Positions 17,197 through 23,629 of a stretch of DNA of 37,211 bases are shown in pieces. Numbering within the stretch: position 1 is the stretch's first letter; every line of letters starts with the position of its first letter. The stretch comes from an uncultured bacterium. Its GTDB lineage: Bacteria; Eisenbacteria; RBG-16-71-46. The notes under the pieces are model-generated. The model was not told where the DNA came from. It worked only from the letters and a program-made list of their open reading frames with translations, and did no database searches. The translations under genes were made by a program, and so were the position numbers. The stretch lies in the NCBI GenBank assembly GCA_902826705.1, contig CADEFY010000002.1:1-37211 (forward strand). Reading direction: 5' to 3'.

Positions 17197-18076
17197 GAAG
17201 GTGCTCGGCCGCGGACTCGGAGCGCTGATCTCGCCCTCCACGGCCCAGGAGGCGGCGGACGGCCGCGTGGCGGCGCTCGCAGAGCCCGCGGCGACCGCGG
17301 CCGGCGTGGCGGAACTGGCGGTGTCCAGCATCGGCCCGAACCCGTTCCAGCCCCGCCGCCGCTTCGATGACGCGTCGCTCCAGGAGCTCGCGGACTCCAT
17401 CCGCGTCTCTGGCATCATCCAGCCCATCCTCGTGCGCCGCACGGGCCCGGGCGACTTCCAGCTCGTCGCCGGCGAGCGCCGACTGCGCGCCGCGCACCTG
17501 GCAGGGCTCGGGAGCGTGCCGGCGATCATCCGCGACTACGCCGACCGCGAGATGATGGAGCTCGCGCTCGTCGAGAACATCCAGCGCGAGGATCTCAACC
17601 CGATCGACGAGGCGCGGGCCTTCCAGGCGCTCATCGAGACGGTGGGGCTCACCCATGACCAGCTCTCCGAACGCGTCGGCAAGCAGCGCAGCTCGATCTC
17701 GAACAGCCTCCGTCTGCTGGGGCTCCCGCCCGAGGTGATGGAGATGGTTTCACGTGGAACACTGTCCGCCGGGAACGCCCGCGCGCTGCTCGGACTCGAG
17801 AAGCCGGGCGAGATCCTGGCCGCGGCCCGGTACGTGTCCACCAAGGGGTTCTCGGTGCGGCGGACCGAGGCGTTCGTGCGCCGCCGGCAGCGCGTGACGC
17901 ACTCGCGCCCGCGCAAGGCGCGCCTCGACGGCGCCGGCGAGTTCGAGACCAAGCTGCAGCAGCGCTTCGGGACGCAGGTCGCCATCGTGCCCGGACGCAA
18001 GGGTGGCAAGGTCGAGTTCGAGTTCTACAGCCAGGAGGACCTGGAGCGGTTGCTCGAGGCCTGGGGCGTCCTCTAG
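17189..18076 (+). CDS. parB: chromosome partitioning protein ParB/Spo0J
   Basis: ATG 17189 with GGGAGG 9 nt upstream, overlapping the parA end by 8 nt. Motifs: MSRKVLGRGLGALI, NPFQPRR, LVAGERRLRAA, ALVENIQREDLNPIDEA. Confidence 0.95.
   Translation: MSRKVLGRGLGALISPSTAQEAADGRVAALAEPAATAAGVAELAVSSIGPNPFQPRRRFDDASLQELADSIRVSGIIQPILVRRTGPGDFQLVAGERRLRAAHLAGLGSVPAIIRDYADREMMELALVENIQREDLNPIDEARAFQALIETVGLTHDQLSERVGKQRSSISNSLRLLGLPPEVMEMVSRGTLSAGNARALLGLEKPGEILAAARYVSTKGFSVRRTEAFVRRRQRVTHSRPRKARLDGAGEFETKLQQRFGTQVAIVPGRKGGKVEFEFYSQEDLERLLEAWGVL
17746..17761. promoter_or_regulatory. parS-like centromere site 2 (gGTTTCACGTGGAACa) inside the parB coding sequence
   Basis: Near-palindrome GTTTCACGTGGAAC matching the parS consensus. 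A parS inside spo0J/parB itself is a known arrangement, e.g. in Bacillus subtilis. Confidence 0.75.
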
Positions 18077-18195
18077 CCCGGCCCCGTCCGAGCCCGCCCG
18101 GAGCGGACGCGGCGAGGACACTCGGCCAAAGGGCCATGAAGCGAGGGAAGACCAGACAGCCGAGGCCCATGGTACGGGGCCGAAGGGGGCAGACC

Positions 18196-18588
18196 ATGTT
18201 CCGCAGCAAGCCCGCACCCGAAGACTCCGCGCCGGCGGTCACGATCATCGGAGTGAGCTCCAGCTTCCGCGGCACGCTCATGGTGACCGGCACCCTGCAG
18301 ATCGACGGCGAGTTCGAGGGCGACATCCTCAACTGCGACCGCATCGAGATCGGCGAGCACGGCGTCATGCGCGCGGACGTCGAGGTGAAGGAGGCCGTGA
18401 TCCGCGGCAAGGTGGTGGGCAACGTGCGCGCGCTCGGCTCGATCACCATGCGGACCGGAGCGCGGGTCGAGGGCGACGTCTCGGCCGTCAACGTCGAGAT
18501 GGAGCCCGGTGTGTTCTTCTCGGGCCGCTGCACCATGCTCGAGGGCAGCACCGGCGCCGTGACGCTCGGGGACGCGCGCGGCCGGTGA
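18196..18588 (+). CDS. bactofilin (polymer-forming cytoskeletal protein, DUF583)
   Basis: ATG 18196 with AAGGGGG 6 nt upstream, inside track ORF 18136..18588. The beta-helix repeat pattern is TIIGVSSSFRGTLMVTGTLQIDGEFEGDILNCDRIEIGEHGVMRADVEVKEAVIRGKVVGNVRALGSITMRTGARVEGDVSAVNVEMEPGVFFSGRCTM. Confidence 0.85.
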   Translation: MFRSKPAPEDSAPAVTIIGVSSSFRGTLMVTGTLQIDGEFEGDILNCDRIEIGEHGVMRADVEVKEAVIRGKVVGNVRALGSITMRTGARVEGDVSAVNVEMEPGVFFSGRCTMLEGSTGAVTLGDARGR

Positions 18589-19889
18589 CCGCGACGGGCG
18601 CGGAGGCACCGGGCGATCCCACGCGACCGGCTCGCGCGCGGCTCGCGGCGCGACTGCTCTGTCTCGCGCTGACGCTCTGGACCGCAACGGATTGCAGCGC
18701 TCAGCAGGCCGAGGTCGATACGCTCCGGCACGTCACGATCGACGGCGCCATCCTGATGACGCTGCCGATCCGCGGCACGGGCCGCGACACGACCGGCGTG
18801 TTCCTGCTCGACACCGGGGCCGGCTACCTGGCGCTCGACGAGCCATTCGCCCGCGCCCTCGGGCTGCGGTCGCGCTCGATCGGGGACGCCACCATGCGGC
18901 TGCTCACCGAGCCCGTCGCGCGCCTCCAGATGGGGCGGTTCTCGCGCGACCGCATCGAGCCCGTGCTCACGCTCGACCTCTCGGGGGTGCGCGCAGCCAC
19001 CGACCGGCCCGTGGTGGGGCTGCTCGGCGCCGACCTGTTCCGTGACGACGCGCTGGTGATCGATGATGCCCGCAGCGAGCTGCTGCTGCTGCGCGGCGGC
19101 GAGCGCGCGGCGTCGCGCGATCCGGTGGCGCGCTCGCTCGCACGACTCTCGGGCGTCCTCGCCTCCGACGCCATGCCCCTGCGCTACGAGCGCATCGGCG
19201 ACGGCAAGATCGCGGTGCGCGCGCGCATCCCCGGCGTGCGCGACACGCTGCACCTGATCCTCGACACGGGCGCGACCAAGACCGTGTTCTTCGAGCGCGC
19301 GCTCGCGAACGCCGGGCATCCCGAGCGCGCGTGGCGGGCGCTCAAGGGCCTGCGCTCCCCCACGCTCTATGGCGAGACCGCGCTCCAGCTGGTGCGCGTG
19401 CCGCGGCTCACGCTGCACGGCGGGGAGCGGCCCCTGAGCGTGGATCAGATGGATGCCGGCATCATCCAGGGCGGGCTCGCCGAGGCGCTCAACCGCGCGC
19501 TCGACCGCGACATCGCCGGGCTGCTGGGCCACAGCTTCACGCGGCGGTTCCGGCTCGCGATCGACTTCCGCGAGCAGGTGCTGTGGTGGTCCCCGCGCAG
19601 TGTGAGCACCGATCTGCGCGAACACGAGCATTCGAGCATCGGCGTGCAGCTCGTGCGCGGGCGCGGCGCCGTGCGCGTGCAGTCGGTGGCCAGCGGCTCG
19701 CCGGCCGCGCGCGCCGGTGTACGTGTCGGCGACCAGTTGCACGCCGTGGACGGCATCGCGGTGGAGGGCCTGGCGCTCGAGCAGATCGGCATGCGCCTCG
19801 AGGGCGCCCCCGGCTCGGTCGTGCGGCTCGAACTCGCACGCGGCGGACGGCGGTTCGAGCGCAGGATCGCACGTGCGCGACTCCTCTGA
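18585..19889 (+). CDS. secreted tandem retropepsin-like aspartic protease with C-terminal PDZ domain
   Basis: GTG 18585 overlaps the bactofilin stop (GTGA). Signal-peptide-like N-terminus RARLAARLLCLALTLWTATDCSAQQ. Two D-T-G-A motifs (FLLDTGAGYLAL, LILDTGATKTVF). PDZ-like C-terminus (VQSVASGSPAARAGVRVGDQLHAVDGIAVEG). Confidence 0.7.
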   Translation: MTATGAEAPGDPTRPARARLAARLLCLALTLWTATDCSAQQAEVDTLRHVTIDGAILMTLPIRGTGRDTTGVFLLDTGAGYLALDEPFARALGLRSRSIGDATMRLLTEPVARLQMGRFSRDRIEPVLTLDLSGVRAATDRPVVGLLGADLFRDDALVIDDARSELLLLRGGERAASRDPVARSLARLSGVLASDAMPLRYERIGDGKIAVRARIPGVRDTLHLILDTGATKTVFFERALANAGHPERAWRALKGLRSPTLYGETALQLVRVPRLTLHGGERPLSVDQMDAGIIQGGLAEALNRALDRDIAGLLGHSFTRRFRLAIDFREQVLWWSPRSVSTDLREHEHSSIGVQLVRGRGAVRVQSVASGSPAARAGVRVGDQLHAVDGIAVEGLALEQIGMRLEGAPGSVVRLELARGGRRFERRIARARLL

Positions 19890-20829
19890 GACCGCCGCGG
19901 CGGCGGCAGGAGTCCGTCACGGCGGCCGGCGCGCGGCCGCGGGGCGGTGGGCGATCCTCGCCGCGGCGGTGCTCTGGGGCCTGAGCGCGACGCTGGCGCG
20001 ATTCGTGTTCCGCGACCGCGACGTGCCGCCGCTCACCGCCGTGGAGCTGCGGCTCGTGTTCGCGGTCCTCGTGCTGCTGCCCTGGATGCTGATGGCGCGG
20101 CGTGATTCGCTCCGCATCGCGCGGAGCGACGCCGGCGGCCTGCTCGTGCTCGGGCTCTTCGGGGTGGCGGCCGTGCAGGGCAGTTACTACTTCGCCATCG
20201 CCCGGCTCGGCGTGGGACTGGCGATCCTGCTGCAGTACCTCGCCCCCACGCTGGTCGTGCTGTGGGATGTGGTGCGCGGCCGGCCCGTGCGGCGCGCGAC
20301 CTGGGGCTCGATCGCCTGCGCACTGCTCGGCACCACGCTGCTCGTGGGTGCAGTGGATCCGCGCACGCTGCGGGCCGATCCGCTCGGCTGGGCCGTGGGG
20401 TTCTCGAGCGCGGCGATCTTCGCGTTCTACATCGTGCGCACCAAGGCGGCGCTCGCGCGCCACCCGGCCGAGACGGTGCTGCTCTACACGTTCGCGATCG
20501 CCGCCGTGTTCTGGGGCTTCGTCACGCCGCCGTGGCGCATCCTCGCCGCGCACTACCCGCCCGACCTCTGGGTCCTGTTCCTCGCGCTCGGGCTGTTCTC
20601 CACGCTCGTCCCCTTCGCGCTCTTCAACCTGGGGCTCGCGCGGGTGAGCGCGGTGGAGGCGGGCATCCTGGCCACGAGCGAACCGGTGATCGCCGTGGCG
20701 GCTGCGGCGCTCTTCCTCGGCGAGCATCCCACGCCCGTGCAGGTGCTCGGCGCCGCGTTCGTGCTGGTGGCGGCCGTGCTGGCCACGTTGGGCGGCGCAC
20801 CCGAGGCGCCCCAGCCCGGGCAGGGCTGA
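19873..20829 (+). CDS. EamA/DMT-family transporter
   Basis: About 10 hydrophobic helices with the EamA-like pattern (WAILAAAVLWGLSATLARFVF...). The start is uncertain; the GTG at 19873 is the first in-frame candidate in track ORF 19717..20829. Confidence 0.75.
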   Translation: MRDSSETAAAAAGVRHGGRRAAAGRWAILAAAVLWGLSATLARFVFRDRDVPPLTAVELRLVFAVLVLLPWMLMARRDSLRIARSDAGGLLVLGLFGVAAVQGSYYFAIARLGVGLAILLQYLAPTLVVLWDVVRGRPVRRATWGSIACALLGTTLLVGAVDPRTLRADPLGWAVGFSSAAIFAFYIVRTKAALARHPAETVLLYTFAIAAVFWGFVTPPWRILAAHYPPDLWVLFLALGLFSTLVPFALFNLGLARVSAVEAGILATSEPVIAVAAAALFLGEHPTPVQVLGAAFVLVAAVLATLGGAPEAPQPGQG

Positions 20830-20944
20830 CCGGCGGGGGCCGCGCTCGGCGCCGGGACCGTGCGCTCGCACATTCACGCGGGTCGCACGGCGGCGGGCTG
20901 CATCGGAACGGGGTCACGAGTCCCCAGTGCCCCCGGAGAAGCCG

Positions 20945-21679
20945 ATGAAAGCCCTGCGCCTGACGCCCCGTGCCGAAGCCCCTGCGGTCGCACCGCCCAT
21001 TCAGATGGTCTCCGTCGCCGACCTGCCCACGCGCTCCGGTCACTTCCGCGCGGTGGCGTTCACGCCCGATGCGCGCGGCGATGAGCACCTCGCGATCGTC
21101 CGCGGTCAGGTCCGCGATGCGACCGATGTCCCCATGCGCATCCACTCCGAGTGCCTGACGGGCGACGTGCTCGGCTCGCTGCGCTGCGACTGCCGCGACC
21201 AGCTGCACGGCGCGCTCGAGATGCTCGGCAGCTTGCCGATGGGCGTGCTGCTCTACCTGCGCCAGGAGGGCCGCGGCATCGGACTGACCAACAAGATCCG
21301 CGCCTATGCGCTGCAGGACCACGGACACGACACGGTGGAGGCCAATCATCTGCTCGGGTTCGGCGATGACGAACGCGACTACCGGGTGGCCGCCGAGATG
21401 CTCGGCGCGCTCGGCGTGCGCAGCGTGCGCCTGATGACCAACAACCCGCGCAAACTGGATGGCCTGCGCGCGCATGGGATCCCGATCGCCGGGCGCATCC
21501 CGATCGTGATGCCGGCCACGCGACACAACGCGCAGTACCTGATGACCAAGCAGAAGCGCTCGGGCCACTGGCTCGGCATGGTCGAGCGCGAGGTCATGGA
21601 CCGCCTCGCGCCGTCGCCCACGCCGACCGAGCGGGCGACGGCGCAGGTGGTGCCCCTCCAGGCCCGCGGCCGACGCTGA
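20945..21679 (+). CDS. ribA: GTP cyclohydrolase II
   Basis: ATG 20945 with GGAGAA 5 nt upstream. Motifs: RIHSECLTGDVLGSLRCDCRDQL, YLRQEGRGIGLTNKIRAYALQD, MTNNPRK. A C-terminal tail of about 45 aa is not conserved. Confidence 0.9.
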   Translation: MKALRLTPRAEAPAVAPPIQMVSVADLPTRSGHFRAVAFTPDARGDEHLAIVRGQVRDATDVPMRIHSECLTGDVLGSLRCDCRDQLHGALEMLGSLPMGVLLYLRQEGRGIGLTNKIRAYALQDHGHDTVEANHLLGFGDDERDYRVAAEMLGALGVRSVRLMTNNPRKLDGLRAHGIPIAGRIPIVMPATRHNAQYLMTKQKRSGHWLGMVEREVMDRLAPSPTPTERATAQVVPLQARGRR

Positions 21680-21688
21680 GCCGATGCA

Positions 21689-21736
21689 CCGACCACGGCG
21701 CGCGAGAGGCAGCGCGACGATGAGCGCCGTGGTCGG
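21689..21736. terminator. 13-bp hairpin between the convergent ribA and Y1-transposase-like genes
   Basis: CCGACCACGGCGC (21689-21701) pairs with GCGCCGTGGTCGG (21724-21736); 22-nt loop and no U-tract. It is either a bidirectional terminator or an IS200-type subterminal hairpin. Confidence 0.35.
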
Positions 21737-21832
21737 CGTGCAGCACGCGGTCCGCGCGGGCGGCTCACCCCCGAGGAGAGCGGGCGCGAGTGCCACGCGA
21801 CGGACCGCGATCCGTGGCGGGGCCCGCGACCC

Positions 21833-22309
21833 TCAGCTCGCGGCCGCCCACACCTGCGACGGCGCCCACTCGCCTTCGGCGCGATGGCTGTGCGCCAGAC
21901 GCTCGCGCGCGCGATCGAGCCGCTGCGGACTCACGGTCTCGACGGCGTAGCGCTCGTCCCAGAGCAGATTGCCCTTCATCCAGACGCGCAGCTCGGGGTG
22001 GTCCTGCATGAGCGCCAGCGTCGTGCGCCCCTTGATCTCGCGCACCGCGCTCGCCACGCTCTGCGAAGGGCGCAGCGCGAGCAGCACGTGCACATGGTCG
22101 TGGCCCGCGACCACGTCGATCAGCTCGACGTCGCGCTCCTCGCACGCGGACTGGATCAGTCCGTGCAGCGCCTGGAGGTGCTTGTCCTTGAGGACCGGTC
22201 GCCGCCCCCGCGTGCTCCATGTGACCAGGTAGTGGAGCTGACTGCGATAGACGGGCTCCCAGCGCGTCTCGAGTGCGTGCTTCACCTGGGGAGCCATGTC
22301 GAGTTCCAC
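21833..22309 (-). CDS. IS200-like Y1 (HUH) transposase homologue, apparently lacking the catalytic Tyr
   Basis: GTG start with AGGAGGTG 5-6 nt upstream. By-eye alignment to IS608/IS200 TnpA: YLVTWSTRGRRPVL, the HUH motif GHDHVHVLLAL, EIKGRTT, LWDERYAVETV. There is no Tyr in the last 37 residues, where TnpA carries its catalytic Tyr. Confidence 0.7.
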   Translation of the reverse strand: MELDMAPQVKHALETRWEPVYRSQLHYLVTWSTRGRRPVLKDKHLQALHGLIQSACEERDVELIDVVAGHDHVHVLLALRPSQSVASAVREIKGRTTLALMQDHPELRVWMKGNLLWDERYAVETVSPQRLDRARERLAHSHRAEGEWAPSQVWAAAS

Positions 22310-22363
22310 GGTGCCACCTCCTGCGGGGACCTGTTGAACGGATGTGCAGTGCGGGGGTGAAGA

Positions 22364-22393
22364 GAACGGGAGCGAGCGGACTCGCTCCCGTTC
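22364..22393 (-). terminator. perfect 13-bp hairpin 12 nt downstream of the lexA stop
   Basis: GAACGGGAGCGAG (22364-22376), loop cgga, then CTCGCTCCCGTTC (22381-22393). On the minus strand it is followed by TCTTC. It could equally be the left-end hairpin of the IS200-like unit. Confidence 0.45.
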
Positions 22394-22404
22394 GAGGACC
22401 GGGT

Positions 22405-23007
22405 CTAGCGGAGCGTGCGCATGACGCCGCGCACCACGCCCAGGATGCGGAAGTCGTTCTGGGGCGTGACGACGATCGGGGCGTAGCGCGGATTGGAGGC
22501 GACGAGTTCGATGCTGCCGCGCTTGGGCTGGTAGGTCTTGACCGTGGCCTCGTCATCGAGCAGCGCCACCACGATCTCGCCCGGCCGTGCGCTGTCGCGC
22601 TTGAGCACGACGACGTAGTCGCCCTCGAGGATGCCGGCGTCGATCATGGAGTCCCCGCGCACCTGGAGTGCGAACAGCTCGCGCGTCTCGCCGAAGAGGC
22701 CGTCGAGTTCGAGCGTGCCGACGTGGTTCTCCTCGGCGGTGATCGGCTGGCCGGCCGCGACGCGACCGAGGATCGGGATGCCCGCGGGGATCGCCGCCTC
22801 GCGCCGCGTGGGCGCGATGCCGCGCGAGACGCCGCGCTTGATGCTGATCATCCCCGCCTTCTCGAGCATGTCCGTGTAGTAGCGGACGCCGTTGGTGGAG
22901 GTGATCTTGAACGCCTGCCCGATCTCGCGGATCGTGGGCGCCGAGCCGCGGTCGCGGCGGAAGCGCTGGATGAAGGCGTGGATGTCTCGGGCTCGCTGGT
23001 TGAGCAT
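22405..23007 (-). CDS. lexA: LexA repressor
   Basis: ATG (complement of 23005-23007) inside track ORF 22405..23064. N-terminal wHTH (PTIREIGQAFKITSTNGVRYYTDMLEKAGMI), cleavage site VAAGQP, catalytic Ser in VRGDSMIDAGI, and Lys in EATVKTY. Confidence 0.95.
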   Translation of the reverse strand: MLNQRARDIHAFIQRFRRDRGSAPTIREIGQAFKITSTNGVRYYTDMLEKAGMISIKRGVSRGIAPTRREAAIPAGIPILGRVAAGQPITAEENHVGTLELDGLFGETRELFALQVRGDSMIDAGILEGDYVVVLKRDSARPGEIVVALLDDEATVKTYQPKRGSIELVASNPRYAPIVVTPQNDFRILGVVRGVMRTLR

Positions 23008-23057
23008 GGCGATGGGGCCCCTTCGGAGTTCTGGTCCGCGTGGCGGACCCGGCACGG

Positions 23058-23075
23058 CGTGCACCGTAGTGCACG
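23058..23075. promoter_or_regulatory. candidate LexA operator (SOS box) CGTGCAC-CGTA-GTGCACG
   Basis: Perfect 7+7 inverted repeat with a 4-nt spacer, 51-68 nt upstream of the lexA ATG. It overlaps the putative -10 of the lexA promoter. The core is TGCAC-N4-GTGCA. Confidence 0.55.
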
Positions 23076-23092
23076 CCTGTGCAGTCCGTCAA
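23063..23092 (-). promoter_or_regulatory. possible sigma-70 promoter of lexA
   Basis: On the minus strand: TTGACG (complement of 23087-23092), an 18-nt spacer, then TACGGT (complement of 23063-23068). The -10 is the centre of the palindrome above. Confidence 0.35.
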
Positions 23093-23514
23093 GAGGAGAG
23101 TGGCCGGGACCGTGGCGGGGTGTCGCCGGCTCGCCGAGCGTGACGCCTCGCGGACGCGCTCACCGCCGCCGACGTGCGGATCGGCGTGCGATCGCAGGCA
23201 CGTGGCGCTCCTGTCGCGATCGGCCTCGCGATTGCAGAGGACTCCGATCGAGGCCGCGAGGCCTCGACCACGACGACGAGCCGCGGTGCGTCGGCTGGAC
23301 CGCGGAGGTTCGTCATCGGGGGCCGATCGTCCGAGGACGGTCGCCGCCGCGGGCTCGTCGGCGTGGGATCCGGGCACCCGGAGCGTCCGGGCCTCACGCG
23401 TGGACACACGAAGGCCGCCCCCGAGGATCGGGAGCGGCCGCTCGTGCACCGTACGAGCGCGCTCCGACATGGACTCGCACACCTGCTGGCTGCACCCAGT
23501 GGGGGGCTCGCACT

Positions 23515-23557
23515 CGGGAGGGCGCTCCTTCACTGGACGGCAGGGGCGTCCCTCCCG
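23515..23557 (+). other. strong stem-loop in the gene-free gap upstream of the lipoprotein gene
   Basis: CGGGAGGGCGCTCC (23515-23528) pairs with GGGGCGTCCCTCCCG (23543-23557). That is 8 bp, a 1-nt bulge, then 6 bp including one G-U, with a 14-nt loop. A TTGACA hexamer lies at 23576-23581. Confidence 0.4.
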
Positions 23558-23629
23558 GTGCGCGTCGTGCCACGATTGACACGCGCTTCGCGCTCTGGCC
23601 ACTCTCGCGCCTCCCCCACCGGAGGCCGC

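Larger units (their letters stand above)
21689..22393 (-). mobile_element. candidate IS200/IS605-family (Y1 HUH) element or its domesticated remnant
   Basis: A single Y1-transposase-like ORF is bracketed by two perfect 13-bp stem-loops whose outer edges are 705 bp apart, about the size of IS200. There are no terminal inverted repeats, as expected for this family. Codon usage is host-like. Confidence 0.4.

Noticed and set aside
17649-19742. 697-aa minus-strand ORF opposite parB, the bactofilin and the protease
   Set aside because: It is a shadow ORF with no motifs. The plus-strand genes have clear family signatures and ribosome-binding sites.
20830-20944. Possible FMN (RFN) riboswitch upstream of ribA
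   Set aside because: The spacer is only 115 nt and lacks the conserved RFN core segments, such as AGGATAGTGAAAGCCC-like or GGTGAAATTCC-like boxes.
22296-22312. gagttccacggtg near the transposase-like gene start, resembling the parS half-site gagttccacgtgg
   Set aside because: The central CACGTG is broken (CACGGTG) and the second half-site is absent.
23079-23579. 166-aa plus-strand ORF beside the LexA box, as a possible SOS-induced gene; also 23089..23409 minus strand and 22553..23881 minus strand
   Set aside because: The composition is extremely basic and low-complexity. There are many rare CGA codons, and third-position GC is clearly below that of real genes here. No SD sits at a suitable distance. 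The 442-aa minus-strand ORF would have to overlap all of lexA.
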